Made by a program: the position numbers and the translations under genes
In this document: positions 7,762 through 18,532 of the stretch, one piece after another
Position numbering within the stretch: the stretch's first letter is position 1
How the letters are laid out: each line of letters starts with the position of its first letter
Notes under the pieces: model-generated
Seen by the model: the letters and a program-made list of their open reading frames with translations, nothing else
Database searches by the model: none
What the model was told of the DNA's origin: nothing
DNA from: Candidatus Levyibacteriota bacterium
GTDB taxonomy: Bacteria > Patescibacteriota > Microgenomatia > Levybacterales > UBA12049
Direction of reading: 5' to 3'
DNA length: 64,000 bases
Assembly (NCBI GenBank): GCA_027459725.1
Contig: DAIDHK010000003.1
Coordinates: 931-64,930, forward strand

Positions 7762-10695
7762 CTAAAGACCCATATCTTTTTTGGCTGCTCCAACTAAAGG
7801 TGAGAGAACTTCTTTAGATACTTCACCCACTTTACCGGGTTTACGCATTTCGCGTACTAAATCAAGCAGGAATAAGTGTGGCTCAGTAATCCTCGCCTTT
7901 CTACGTAACCAACCGATTTCATAACGACTAAAGGCATGTCCCATAAATCGATTATTTTGTAAATTATCAGGATCACGAAATTCTGAATCCGGAACAGATC
8001 TCAAAACTGTAATTACTGAACGATAAAAGCTAGAACCGTAACGAATATCATGTCCATATCTAACACGATGGGCAAATATTTGTCCAGCTACTATGTTAAG
8101 AAAAATACTTTTCACTAAATCAACTTTATTGGTATTAACTTTCTGAGCATCTATAACATGCTGCCCAAAGATGTCTTTTATGGGCATATCGCGCAATTTA
8201 CGGGTAATTGGATGTATTCTCTTTTCTGTCTTCCAGAAGGCAGGAATGTCCAATACTTCTTTTCCAAACATAGCTTCTGCTAAAGGAACGGTGACAAAAT
8301 AAGAACGCTTTTCCATTTTTGGCTCACCGTGTTCCATGACTATATTCCCATCCGCGTCTCTTACGGCAAACTCGCCTTCCTGAATCATTTGATAGTCCTG
8401 AGCAAAGTTAGTACTACCCCAAGTGCTATACATGTTGTAGATTTTCTTTAAAATATCATTCAAAACCTTTTCACCAAAATCTTCTTCTTTAAGAACAAAT
8501 TGTTTATCACGATCATCAAACTTAGTATATTCTTCCCAATGAATTTCCTTACCTGAAGACATAAGATCATGAATGGCAACAGCATTACTAATATGATCTC
8601 TGGTATACTGAATCATTTCATTACGCTTGAAGCTTAATGTTTCAGCATTTTTCATGAAGGCTTGTTGTATAAGTAATTCTTCCTTTTTCTTTTCTTCCTC
8701 ATTTAGTGCCTGCTTTTTCTCAATATCTCTAACTTTTTCTGTCGCTTTATCTGCTTTGTCGCGCAATTCAAAGAAAGTTTCCGCAATACTTTTCCCATTA
8801 GTGGTAGCTCCAGCCCAGAAGAATGGCACAGCGGTCTCGGTAAGAGCATTTAAAGTAGTGGCAGGACCTGACCAACGCATGCGTCCTCTTACATCACGGA
8901 GTCTGCTTCTTAGAGATCTGTGAACTGCTGCTCCACTGAAGTTGCGAGCTTCAATATCAAGCATTGTTATAATGCCTGTTGCTTGAGCAAAGTTCTCTGC
9001 TAATAGATAGGCAAACTCCAAATTATCATTGTCTACTTTTTGCATCTCTGGATCAAGGTATACATCGTACCTTTTAGCCACCATACGACGGATAATATTT
9101 CTAACAGCCTTAATAATAAGTTCATCTTTTTGGGGTAAGTTAAACAGATTAACTACATCAAGTACATGATTTACAGGATCATTTTTTGCTTTTTTCCATT
9201 GTTCATCATTTTGTTCTAAGGCTTTGATCGTCTCATCCGGATCTCTGTGCAAATTTTTTGCCTGCTCTCTTACCTCTGCTTCAACAGTTTTGAAATCCAG
9301 CAATTCACATCCCTCTGGATATAGTTCTTCAAGTGCCCCACGGTTAGCTAGGTTCATGATTGTTTCAACCATTAACAAGAAAGAATAACCAACCTTATTG
9401 TCTGATCTTCTTCTAAGTGCACCGGTATCTTTATCTGGTATCATGTCAGAGGAATAATTCTGAGGTAAAGTAGCCATAAACTCCAGCATACTAGATTCAT
9501 CCCCATAAAACAGATCAGTAAAGCGGTTATCAGCAAAAAGTTGTGTTAACAAATTGGCATACTCTGGTCCACCCTTACCAAATTTTGTCCAAAACGTAAC
9601 GCCCTTGTCACGTGTCCACATAGCAACCAGCATTTCTTTGGCTATATTGTTACCTAATCTAAATAGATAGCCCTTCCTTGATCCTTCACCAAGTTCTTCG
9701 CGGAATAACTTTCCTTGTTTGATAACCATTTCTTGATAAAGATTAATAGTTCTACCACCAACCAGGAAGCTTAAGCGATCAATAAAATTAACTGGATCAC
9801 GCGGAGATTCTCCAGCGTAGAAGTTAATTCTTTCACGGACAAAACGCAATACATTCTCTTCTATTATTTCTATACTCTCTTCTTGAGGCCTTTTGGGTCT
9901 TATCCTACCATCAGGCCCTCTCTCCCAAGCCTTTATTCTTACCAGTGGAAAAGGAATCGTACCTTTTTTAGCTATATCCGGGTTCCTCAATTCACCTTCG
10001 GGAGCTATATTTTCAGCTCCCCATTTACTTTTATCTACACCTGTTGATAAGGCAAAAAACATATCCTGGGCAGTCTCAAAAGATTGGATTTTTTCCTGAG
10101 CTTTTACTTGTGCTTCCGACTGCATCTCCTCCACGTCAGCACGGTCCTTCATTGCTCTATCAATATCCGTTGTTGTGGGAGTGAGAGGAGTCTCTTCCAC
10201 TTGTGCTGTATCAACTTCTCGTGTTGTGGGTGTAGTTTCACCCTGTTGTACTTGTCCTAATCGACTTTTAATATTTTGTAGTGCTCTTTTTGCACGACTC
10301 AGCTTGTCAGCATTTTTTACTCTTCCCGCTCTCGTTTCTGCATTAATACGTGGTTCAACTACCTGCAATAAGTTATCAAGTTCAGATTGTTGAATTGGCT
10401 CTCCTGAACCAACTGACTTAAAACGCAGGTCTAAAACTGATTTTTCAAAATCTGCAGGTACTAAATCGCCCAGTTCATTGATTCCACCCAGTTCCAAAAG
10501 TTGCTTCAGAACCTCATAATCTATATTCGATCCTCCATCTATTGCTGCACGAGGGTTACGTCTTTCGTGCCCACGTGTTCTTTCATTTGTAGGATTACTC
10601 ATATTTTCCTTATCACTTTCAGCATAACCTACTCTGCGAGAAGGTGTCAAACGTGTCATCTCTTTTAAAGGATGGTAAATATATTCCCCCGACAT
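7762..10695 (-). CDS. large soluble hypothetical protein (candidate secreted substrate)
   Basis: 977-aa ORF, charged, no TM or signal peptide; alternative start at 10602. Confidence 0.8.
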   Translation of the reverse strand: MSGEYIYHPLKEMTRLTPSRRVGYAESDKENMSNPTNERTRGHERRNPRAAIDGGSNIDYEVLKQLLELGGINELGDLVPADFEKSVLDLRFKSVGSGEPIQQSELDNLLQVVEPRINAETRAGRVKNADKLSRAKRALQNIKSRLGQVQQGETTPTTREVDTAQVEETPLTPTTTDIDRAMKDRADVEEMQSEAQVKAQEKIQSFETAQDMFFALSTGVDKSKWGAENIAPEGELRNPDIAKKGTIPFPLVRIKAWERGPDGRIRPKRPQEESIEIIEENVLRFVRERINFYAGESPRDPVNFIDRLSFLVGGRTINLYQEMVIKQGKLFREELGEGSRKGYLFRLGNNIAKEMLVAMWTRDKGVTFWTKFGKGGPEYANLLTQLFADNRFTDLFYGDESSMLEFMATLPQNYSSDMIPDKDTGALRRRSDNKVGYSFLLMVETIMNLANRGALEELYPEGCELLDFKTVEAEVREQAKNLHRDPDETIKALEQNDEQWKKAKNDPVNHVLDVVNLFNLPQKDELIIKAVRNIIRRMVAKRYDVYLDPEMQKVDNDNLEFAYLLAENFAQATGIITMLDIEARNFSGAAVHRSLRSRLRDVRGRMRWSGPATTLNALTETAVPFFWAGATTNGKSIAETFFELRDKADKATEKVRDIEKKQALNEEEKKKEELLIQQAFMKNAETLSFKRNEMIQYTRDHISNAVAIHDLMSSGKEIHWEEYTKFDDRDKQFVLKEEDFGEKVLNDILKKIYNMYSTWGSTNFAQDYQMIQEGEFAVRDADGNIVMEHGEPKMEKRSYFVTVPLAEAMFGKEVLDIPAFWKTEKRIHPITRKLRDMPIKDIFGQHVIDAQKVNTNKVDLVKSIFLNIVAGQIFAHRVRYGHDIRYGSSFYRSVITVLRSVPDSEFRDPDNLQNNRFMGHAFSRYEIGWLRRKARITEPHLFLLDLVREMRKPGKVGEVSKEVLSPLVGAAKKDMGL

Positions 10696-10778
10696 ACAAG
10701 TCGGATTCTAAATTTGTAGCTAAATTAATACATGATAATAAAGTAACAAGAAGTTCTTAAATGAATAACAAAAAATTG

Positions 10779-12122
10779 TTAGGGAGTAAACTTAAACCCT
10801 CGCCCCTTAATTGTCACAATATGTCTGGGATTCCCCGGATTGTCCTCAATCTTTTTTCGCAGTCTGAGAATTAGTTGATCAAGAGCTTGTTCAGTAACAC
10901 CAAATGTAGATTTATTCTCTTCCCAAACTACATCTATTACCTTTTCTCTGTCAATAATCATCCCAGGATTAAGTAAAAAATATTTTAACAAACGCAGTTC
11001 AGAAGCGGTTAAATTGTCCGACAATATCTGACTGCCTTTATGAATTAAGTTTTTTTCTACATCATATTCAATTTTATCATTAGTTATAACTACTGCATTG
11101 ACATCTTCCAGTAAAAACCTCTCTAAAAGTGGGATGGTTATTTTCCCACCGCTAACCAGCTGTAAATTAGTAAAGTAACTTTCGATATTTTTATTTTCCT
11201 CAGTTCTGTTTTTACCCAATAGCCACAGCTGTTCGGCAGGATTAAAAGAACGCCAAATCTCTTTTAATCCCCCTTTAACTGCCCGCTGGGCAAGCAAAAA
11301 ATCCGCGAATTTACTATCTTCAATTGCCTTCTTTTCATTAACTAAATAAGCTTCTGCAGCCAATCTGGTAAGTTTACCATGACCTGCTGTTAAATCTATA
11401 ATCATATTGCGAATTTTACTGCTAATATGCTTACCCGTCGCTTTTTCCATATAGTCCAGACGGAAAGGTAACCCCACGTCGTCTTTTAAACTTAAATAAA
11501 CTATATGTCCGGCTAAAAACTCATGAAATTCTGCAAATGACGAAGGTTCTATTAAATCTTCTAGCGGTTTATTTAAAGAAAAAACCACTGAAAAACGATA
11601 TTTTGCTCTGTGACGAAGAATTCTCAAGTTACTAAATAGTCCCTCATTAAGATATGGAATATAATCTTCAAAACGGTCAAAGAGTAGGACTATATTCATC
11701 TCCTCGTCAATTGCTAGATAGTCAATAGCATGCTTTAGAGCTTGAAAAAGAACCATTTCGTCATTGAACGATAATCCTTCTTTAAATAACTCATTAACAT
11801 CTGTATAAATATCATCCAATTGTCTCTGTCGCAGTGAATCAAGTAGACAAAGGAAAATATATTTAGTCACATTAAATAAATCTTTTCCTCTCATTTCGGA
11901 GAAGTCGACTATGACAAAGTTAATCCACTGATGATTTTCTTTCAGATGCATTTGTCGAATAAAACGGTTGTAAACCAATAAACTTAAAACTGTCCCTCTC
12001 CCTGCTCCCGGCAAGCCTACCAACTGACAGGAATTACCTTCATTGACATAAGATATAATCATCTCTATTTCTGTAAAACGCGTTTTGTCGGGATATAGAG
12101 ATTCAAAATGGGCAAGTTCCAT
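10779..12122 (-). CDS. AAA/P-loop domain plus C-terminal OmpR-type winged-helix transcriptional regulator
   Basis: Walker A-like GLPGAGRGT, Walker B-like VLLFDRFE; C-terminal LTASELRLL..REKVIDVVW..ALDQLILRLRKKIEDNP..IVTIKGRGFKF. Confidence 0.85.
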   Translation of the reverse strand: MELAHFESLYPDKTRFTEIEMIISYVNEGNSCQLVGLPGAGRGTVLSLLVYNRFIRQMHLKENHQWINFVIVDFSEMRGKDLFNVTKYIFLCLLDSLRQRQLDDIYTDVNELFKEGLSFNDEMVLFQALKHAIDYLAIDEEMNIVLLFDRFEDYIPYLNEGLFSNLRILRHRAKYRFSVVFSLNKPLEDLIEPSSFAEFHEFLAGHIVYLSLKDDVGLPFRLDYMEKATGKHISSKIRNMIIDLTAGHGKLTRLAAEAYLVNEKKAIEDSKFADFLLAQRAVKGGLKEIWRSFNPAEQLWLLGKNRTEENKNIESYFTNLQLVSGGKITIPLLERFLLEDVNAVVITNDKIEYDVEKNLIHKGSQILSDNLTASELRLLKYFLLNPGMIIDREKVIDVVWEENKSTFGVTEQALDQLILRLRKKIEDNPGNPRHIVTIKGRGFKFTP

Positions 12123-12132
12123 AGCAAAAATA

Positions 12133-12158
12133 GTATAGACAATCTGGGCTGTCTATAC
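12133..12158. promoter_or_regulatory. perfect inverted repeat (candidate operator)
   Basis: GTATAGACA-N8-TGTCTATAC, overlapping the minus-strand TATACT -10 of the regulator gene. Confidence 0.6.
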
Positions 12159-12217
12159 CAGTATGATTATGGTTCGACCTCTTGCAAAGCCTAAAGATTT
12201 TGGGATACCATGAGAGT

Positions 12218-14872
12218 ATGCATTGTTATCCAAGAATATCAAAATTACTGTTTCCATTTCTTGTTTTTTTTATAGTTTTTGTTTCACTGTATAGAATTAA
12301 CTATGCTTTTGCAACGAGTAGCAATACGAGGTCATCAGGTACTTCTTTGGGAAGTGATAGTACAGTTTATACTATAGCTAACGGAGTAACTGTCACACAA
12401 TCGCCTAAAAATGTCTATGAAAATACCTCAAATATAACATTGTTGTTTAATATACCTGCTAGTAGTAATAATAATACCCCATACTATATTTTATTCTGGA
12501 ATCAGGCAAGCAATTGGCCTGACTACAATCATTGTGAGACTATAGGAAGTGAATTTCTTCTGGGAGGATGGGATAATGCTATGGGTATAGGTGGATGGTC
12601 AGGAGGCTCAAATGGAAAATGCACATTGCTTAATCCTAATGATTGGGGCAAAGATACATATACACTAGTACAAGATAAAACAGCAAAAGAGTTGACACCA
12701 TTGGGAAACAAATGGGGATATCAAGTATCAGTAAACACTTTACCTGGGGAAAGTATTAAATATAAAATTTGGCAAGGTGATGTTGAATCAAGTTATCAAG
12801 CATCCCAGATGATTGGTCAAATTAACATAGGACAATGTACTCAATCACAAAATGGCTGTCCTGGAATCGCGGTAGACAGCTACCCGGTTCAGTATGACAC
12901 TAATTTTCCTCTTTACATCGCCAATCCACATGCTGATACAGCCTACATAGTATGGTGGAAAGGATCTAATACAGTAATCTGGTCAGGCTCGTTCACTACT
13001 AACCAAATAAAAAGTGCTTCGAAATTCAACGTTATTGGCAGTAATAACTCCACCGTGTCAGTTCCCGCAATTAAGCTGCAAAACAATGGCCAGGACGTGA
13101 CACAAATAGTTTCCAGCAGCGAAGATTCGAATCTTCCAATTGATAGCAGCAATGATTTTAAGTACAAAACATTATGTCTATATCAAGCGACGCCTCAAAA
13201 TTTAGCCTCAATAATTTCAAATTTCTCGCTAAAATGTGACTCAACCGCCAAATCAACCCGAGTCTATTTCGGTATTAATGGGCAACCACTCGGGTCTGGA
13301 ACGTTACTGTCGAATGGTAACATCGGTGCTCCATCTGCTTCTGAGAACTTTAACCTGCAGTCTGTTAACACCGGATTCTTTCTACCCTGTATTTCCCCCA
13401 CGCCCACCCCAGTTAATCAAGCATATAATAGCAAGAACTCTTCAAATACATCATTTGCTGATGCTTGGAAAAATATATTGGCAGACGCCGCTTTCTTCTT
13501 TACCGGTCAATCTGCCATGCCAAGTCCAACTTCTTCCAACATAAATCAACAACTCGCCTACTCACAAATTACCCCTGCCCAAACAACTCCAGAATTTTTA
13601 ATGTCCACAACTAATCAGTCAACCACTCCCATTAGCGTCGGCCCCGCTTCTGTATCCCCAGGGGATACTTTCGTTGTTGGTTTAACATCTCCGATAAGCA
13701 ATAATTACACTCTATCTATACACGATGGTAGCAACAATAGCTTACTAAATAGCAACATTACTCAATATTGCCAATCAGGAAAAGCATGCGACTTTATTAT
13801 AAATAGCAGTAAGTATTCTAATTACAAGTTCACATTCCCTACAAATCCGCAAAACTTTCAGATCACTATCGCCGATAATAATAAAACCGTAGGTATGACA
13901 GATGTGGCATTCACCCAATCAGCATCTTCCAATGTTAATGACAGTCAAACTCAGAACACAACCACAACAAAAAATATACAAAACGATGGAACTATTACTA
14001 TACAGAATCTTGGTAACAAGCAGAATACTGGCTCTGCTAATATTTATTCCGATGACGCTTTATCGGTTTATATTTCATATAACAGCAAAACTTCTATTAA
14101 AAACTGCTCTGTAGCTATCGCGGTAAATCAATCAGCTATTACCGCACTATCGCCACAAACCTGTAACAATAGTACTTCACCGAATTCTAACACAAACTTA
14201 TTGCCTTTAGATCTATCAAAATATAGTCAGTTTGCATCTATTACTACCCCTACTGACCTCAGTCTAAGTGCGGTTGCCTATGACACTAATGGTAACATAC
14301 TTTCAATAAAGAAAGACTTTACAATCTATCCGGTTTGTGGTACTCAAGAATGCAATGGATCATGTATAAATGTGCCTGGACAAAGCCAGATTTATTGTGC
14401 AGAACCAACTAGTACGCCTACTCTTAGCCCAACACCAAACGCTCAACAGTCTATTTGCAATTCATGTTTGGCGAGTGGTACAAGCGATTGTAGTAGCGCC
14501 TGCACTGCTGCTACAACAGTTTCTGATACTCCAAGCGTAGAGACTCCAACATCATACCCTACTCCTGTAAATATAGGCTTCTCCCCCTGTTATCAGGTAG
14601 ATACCGCCATTGGAATGATAAGCACAGATCCTATTTCCTTTGTTAATAATATGTTTGATATTTTATTAAGCCTAAGCGGCGGCATTGCTCTTCTGATTAT
14701 CATCTACAACGGTTACCGCTTGTTAATCTCACGGGGCAATCCCGATGCCATCAAAAAAGCCCGTGAGGGTATTACCTCTGGTATTATTGGCATCATCTTT
14801 GCTATTCTATCTATTGCCATTCTACAAACTATTGGCGTTGATATATTACATTTGCCAGGTTTTGGCAATTAA
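12218..14872 (+). CDS. large exported Ser/Thr/Asn/Cys-rich protein with C-terminal VirB2/TrbC pilin-like domain
   Basis: Signal peptide (..YAFA); C-terminal GGIALLIIIYNGYRLLISRGNPDAIKKAREGITSGIIG pilin motif; TTGCAA-18bp-TACCAT upstream. Confidence 0.8.
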   Translation: MHCYPRISKLLFPFLVFFIVFVSLYRINYAFATSSNTRSSGTSLGSDSTVYTIANGVTVTQSPKNVYENTSNITLLFNIPASSNNNTPYYILFWNQASNWPDYNHCETIGSEFLLGGWDNAMGIGGWSGGSNGKCTLLNPNDWGKDTYTLVQDKTAKELTPLGNKWGYQVSVNTLPGESIKYKIWQGDVESSYQASQMIGQINIGQCTQSQNGCPGIAVDSYPVQYDTNFPLYIANPHADTAYIVWWKGSNTVIWSGSFTTNQIKSASKFNVIGSNNSTVSVPAIKLQNNGQDVTQIVSSSEDSNLPIDSSNDFKYKTLCLYQATPQNLASIISNFSLKCDSTAKSTRVYFGINGQPLGSGTLLSNGNIGAPSASENFNLQSVNTGFFLPCISPTPTPVNQAYNSKNSSNTSFADAWKNILADAAFFFTGQSAMPSPTSSNINQQLAYSQITPAQTTPEFLMSTTNQSTTPISVGPASVSPGDTFVVGLTSPISNNYTLSIHDGSNNSLLNSNITQYCQSGKACDFIINSSKYSNYKFTFPTNPQNFQITIADNNKTVGMTDVAFTQSASSNVNDSQTQNTTTTKNIQNDGTITIQNLGNKQNTGSANIYSDDALSVYISYNSKTSIKNCSVAIAVNQSAITALSPQTCNNSTSPNSNTNLLPLDLSKYSQFASITTPTDLSLSAVAYDTNGNILSIKKDFTIYPVCGTQECNGSCINVPGQSQIYCAEPTSTPTLSPTPNAQQSICNSCLASGTSDCSSACTAATTVSDTPSVETPTSYPTPVNIGFSPCYQVDTAIGMISTDPISFVNNMFDILLSLSGGIALLIIIYNGYRLLISRGNPDAIKKAREGITSGIIGIIFAILSIAILQTIGVDILHLPGFGN

Positions 14873-14874
14873 CT

Positions 14875-15240
14875 ATGTTAAAAGAACATTTATTAGCCTT
14901 ATCTATTCCTGGGGAGAATGGGAGTAGCACTAATATCGTAATGCCTAACGCAGTAAACTGCGGCAGTAATGGCTGTTTGAACACAGTCATGCAATACATC
15001 ATACAATGGCTTTTCGTAGGAGCCATCATTCTTTGTCTAGCTTACCTAATCTGGGGCGGGATTGATTGGACAATGTCCTATGGAGACAAAACGAAAGTGC
15101 AAAAAGCCCGTTTAAAACTTGTGTATGCCATTATTGGTTTATTTATAGTTTTCCTCGCTTTCTTCTTTGTTAATTTGGGAGGACACTTACTTGGTCTACC
15201 TCTTACTAATGTCAGTACAACTATCAATACAACTCCTTAA
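14875..15240 (+). CDS. VirB2/TrbC-like T4SS pilin
   Basis: LIWGGIDWTMSYGDKTKVQKARLKLVYAIIGL two-TM pilin signature. Confidence 0.85.
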   Translation: MLKEHLLALSIPGENGSSTNIVMPNAVNCGSNGCLNTVMQYIIQWLFVGAIILCLAYLIWGGIDWTMSYGDKTKVQKARLKLVYAIIGLFIVFLAFFFVNLGGHLLGLPLTNVSTTINTTP

Positions 15241-15262
15241 CTTTCAACTATAATAGAACAGC

Positions 15263-16495
15263 ATGAAGGCTTCCCTCTTTTATTTTTTAAGTGCCTTTTT
15301 ACTTTTACTTTTAAGTTTGGTCGCAGTTATTGGCCCGCATACAGAACTTATAGACGTAACAGAATATCACTGTTATGCCAGTATCTTCTGGACTGGGCAT
15401 TTACAAATCAACAAAACTGAACAACGATACTGTTTATCTGAGATTAAATCAAACCAAATACATAAATATAAATTACCCCAGGAGTATCCTCTACTTAGCC
15501 TGTTTATCTTTTCTCTTCCCCTACTTTCTCCTTTCAGCTACAGCCTAGGTTTTAGACTATTAATGCTGGTATTTTTACTAACTATCTGGATGTATTTTTT
15601 CAAAGTTAAAAAATTTACTTCAGGTATAATATTTCTATTATTAATCACGCTTGGACTTAGCTCAGTTACCTTTAACCGTTATGACTTAAGTGCTACCACT
15701 TTAACCTTTTTTGCCATAATACTGGCTTATAATAAAAAGTTTCTTCCCAGTTACTTATTATTAGCACTAGCAACGTTTCTCAAAATTTATCCCCTTTTTC
15801 TTATACCGTTGGTCTTCCTTTTTGAATTACAAACCCATAAGCATAAACTACTCAATCTAAAAAATTACTACTTCGTTTCACTTGGAGTCATTGCATTAGC
15901 CTTACTGCTAATACTTTCACTCAAGCTTGATTTTGTTCAAACGCTTGCACCCCTACAGTATCAAGCAGCCAGGCCACTACAAATAGAATCTATCCCCGCT
16001 TCCATCTTTTTGCTAACTAGCTTCGGAAAAGTATGTTTTATTCAATCTTTTGGTTCACTTAATATTCTTCATTCTATTAACCATCAATGTTCTCCCAACT
16101 TAGTCAGTCAAACTCTGGAGACTATCTTTAGTATCCTAATGCTATTAAGCCTTATAGTCGTCTATCTAAACTTCTTCAAAGGTAGAATTAAATTCACAGG
16201 CGCCGTGGTCTTATTAATCTTAAGTCTTCTTATCTTTAACAAAGTCTTGAGTCCGCAATATTTTATTTGGCTGGCTCCTTTTTTAGCTCTAAAATATAAA
16301 AAAATCTCATTAAATACACTTATCTGGTTTATACTCTTTGCGCTAACTTATTTAATTTACCCAATAATGTATTCCCAAACTAGTATGAGTAATTTACTGG
16401 GAGTAATTTCCGTACGTAACATTCTTTTAGTTTTTCTATATATCTATACATGGAAAGAAGTATTACATAAATTCAAGAAACAGTCTGTAAAATAG
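15263..16495 (+). CDS. GT-C fold membrane glycosyltransferase (GT87/DUF2029-like)
   Basis: D..EY, PQEYPLL, NRYD, KIYP, RPLQIES and NKVLSPQYFIW motifs; multi-TM. Confidence 0.75.
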   Translation: MKASLFYFLSAFLLLLLSLVAVIGPHTELIDVTEYHCYASIFWTGHLQINKTEQRYCLSEIKSNQIHKYKLPQEYPLLSLFIFSLPLLSPFSYSLGFRLLMLVFLLTIWMYFFKVKKFTSGIIFLLLITLGLSSVTFNRYDLSATTLTFFAIILAYNKKFLPSYLLLALATFLKIYPLFLIPLVFLFELQTHKHKLLNLKNYYFVSLGVIALALLLILSLKLDFVQTLAPLQYQAARPLQIESIPASIFLLTSFGKVCFIQSFGSLNILHSINHQCSPNLVSQTLETIFSILMLLSLIVVYLNFFKGRIKFTGAVVLLILSLLIFNKVLSPQYFIWLAPFLALKYKKISLNTLIWFILFALTYLIYPIMYSQTSMSNLLGVISVRNILLVFLYIYTWKEVLHKFKKQSVK

Positions 16496-16499
16496 AACT

Positions 16500-18041
16500 A
16501 TGAACAAATCTATTAAGCAATGTTTATCATTTATAAAAAAGCATATCTATCTCATCTTGTTAATTAGCTTTTTCTCACTTTATACTCTGGAGGGCATTTA
16601 TTTGCTCGATCCAGATTTCGGTTGGCACTTACGTTTTGGTGAAATAGTATTACAAACCCACAGTGTCCCCTTAAAAGATCTATTTTCATATACCATGCCA
16701 AGCTATGACTTCATTAATCATGAATGGTTTTCAGACGTTATTATCGCCGTTATTTACCATTTAACCGGACTTGTAGGAGTAGCTATATTTTTTGGACTAT
16801 TCGTCACTATTGGACTTGGAGTAGTAGTTAACATTGCCCAAAAGAAAGATAAGATTGGTTTCTGGCTGTCACTTTTAACTATGGTCGCTGTAACAATGGT
16901 GCAATTTGCCGGCATTCGCCCACAAGCTTTAAGCTGGACATTCTTTGTTTTAGTCTGGTATTTGTTGGATATCTCAAAAAATAAATGGCGCTTTATAATC
17001 TTGCCTATCATTTTCCTCATCTGGGCTAATCTGCACGCCGCCTTTGCTTTAGGGTTATTTCTATTTTTTGTTGCTGTCATCAATTCTTTGCTTAAAAAAG
17101 ATAGAAGCAGTATTTATCTGTTAATCTCCTTCATCATATCGACCGGGGCTACCTTGATTAACCCTTATGGATTTAAATTATGGCAAGAAGTCATTCTCAC
17201 CTCAGCTTCCCCGCAAATCTCCACTGTTGAAGAATGGACGCCAAGTTTCACCCACATTATCTTTCCCATGTGGCTATTTATTGATTTCTCATTAATTCTC
17301 CTCTGGTTCAACAGATCTAACGTAGCTAAGAAAAATATTTTTTTACTAACTGTTATTGGCATACTTTTTTTAGTAGGCATACGACAGGCTCCGCTATTTA
17401 TGTTGTTTTTATTACCTTTAGCAATTGAGGCAGTGAATGATTTCATTGACCAGGCAAAAAAATATCAGTATGCCATTAAACGCCTAAAAGTTGCATCACT
17501 AATAGTAACTATCATCACTGTTGTTTTCTGTATTATTACCTTATGGCCTCTGGAATCCAGCTTATGGAAAAGCGGATTTAACATCCAAAAAAGTATTTCA
17601 TTAACTTACCCAAGCACTTCTGTCAAATATTTAAAAACTCACCCATTTAAAGGCAATTATTATTCAATATATAACTGGGGTGGTTATTTGATCTGGCAAC
17701 TCCCTAACAAAAAAGACTTCATAGATGGTCGTATGCCTACCTGGATTAATCCCAATGCACCCAAAAATGAAAGCAAAAATGCATTGCAGGATTTTCTCAA
17801 GATAGACAATCCAAAAATACTGGACAAAACAATTCATAAGTATCATATAACCACCCTAATAATCGCACCATTGAAACAATCTGTTCCTCAATGCTGGTGG
17901 CTGCAAAACTGGTGTAATCAAGTCATCAAGCAAAGAAATAAGCAAAATCAGCCACTTGAAACTTATCTCCATATTCATCACTGGCATGAGCTAATACACG
18001 ACAAAGTCTCAGTTGTTTATCAGTTATCTGTTAGTCAGTAA
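16500..18041 (+). CDS. GT-C-like integral membrane glycosyltransferase
   Basis: DPDFGWHLRFG, NHEW, RPQ, WANLH, NPYG, EEW, YNWGGYL and FIDGR motifs. Confidence 0.65.
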   Translation: MNKSIKQCLSFIKKHIYLILLISFFSLYTLEGIYLLDPDFGWHLRFGEIVLQTHSVPLKDLFSYTMPSYDFINHEWFSDVIIAVIYHLTGLVGVAIFFGLFVTIGLGVVVNIAQKKDKIGFWLSLLTMVAVTMVQFAGIRPQALSWTFFVLVWYLLDISKNKWRFIILPIIFLIWANLHAAFALGLFLFFVAVINSLLKKDRSSIYLLISFIISTGATLINPYGFKLWQEVILTSASPQISTVEEWTPSFTHIIFPMWLFIDFSLILLWFNRSNVAKKNIFLLTVIGILFLVGIRQAPLFMLFLLPLAIEAVNDFIDQAKKYQYAIKRLKVASLIVTIITVVFCIITLWPLESSLWKSGFNIQKSISLTYPSTSVKYLKTHPFKGNYYSIYNWGGYLIWQLPNKKDFIDGRMPTWINPNAPKNESKNALQDFLKIDNPKILDKTIHKYHITTLIIAPLKQSVPQCWWLQNWCNQVIKQRNKQNQPLETYLHIHHWHELIHDKVSVVYQLSVSQ

Positions 18042-18097
18042 GTTATACATTGACCTCTTGACAAGTCTGTGTAATTTTAACTAGAGTATAAATAGAT

Positions 18098-18532
18098 ATG
18101 AAATTTGACTTGAAAAAATCATCGCTTTTTGCCTCTACTTTCGTGACACTAGGTGCGCTTACTACTGTTTCTTCATTTGCTGCAGGTACTGATAATGCTA
18201 TCAGCATTTGTCCTGCCGGTTCAGCTTTCTCAGGAGTCTGTAACTTTAACACTAGTACACTCTTAGGTAGTGTTATCAATGTCGTCTTCGTTATCGCTAT
18301 CTTAATCGCCCTCTTCTTCCTGATCTATGGCGGTATCCGTTGGATTATCTCCCAGGGTAATAAGGAAAAGGTTAATGGTGCTCGTGATATGTTAATCGCT
18401 GCTTTAGTAGGTTTGATTGTTGTCTTCCTCTCCTACTTCCTACTCGGTCTGGTCATACAGTTGTTATTTGGTCAGTCAACACAAAATCTGTTAAATTCAG
18501 TTACTACTAACGGTATCTTTAATACGAAATAA
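18098..18532 (+). CDS. VirB2/TrbC-like pilin, copy A
   Basis: Leader ending SFA, Cys pair, LIYGGIRWIISQGNKEKVNGARDMLIAALVGL. Confidence 0.85.
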   Translation: MKFDLKKSSLFASTFVTLGALTTVSSFAAGTDNAISICPAGSAFSGVCNFNTSTLLGSVINVVFVIAILIALFFLIYGGIRWIISQGNKEKVNGARDMLIAALVGLIVVFLSYFLLGLVIQLLFGQSTQNLLNSVTTNGIFNTK

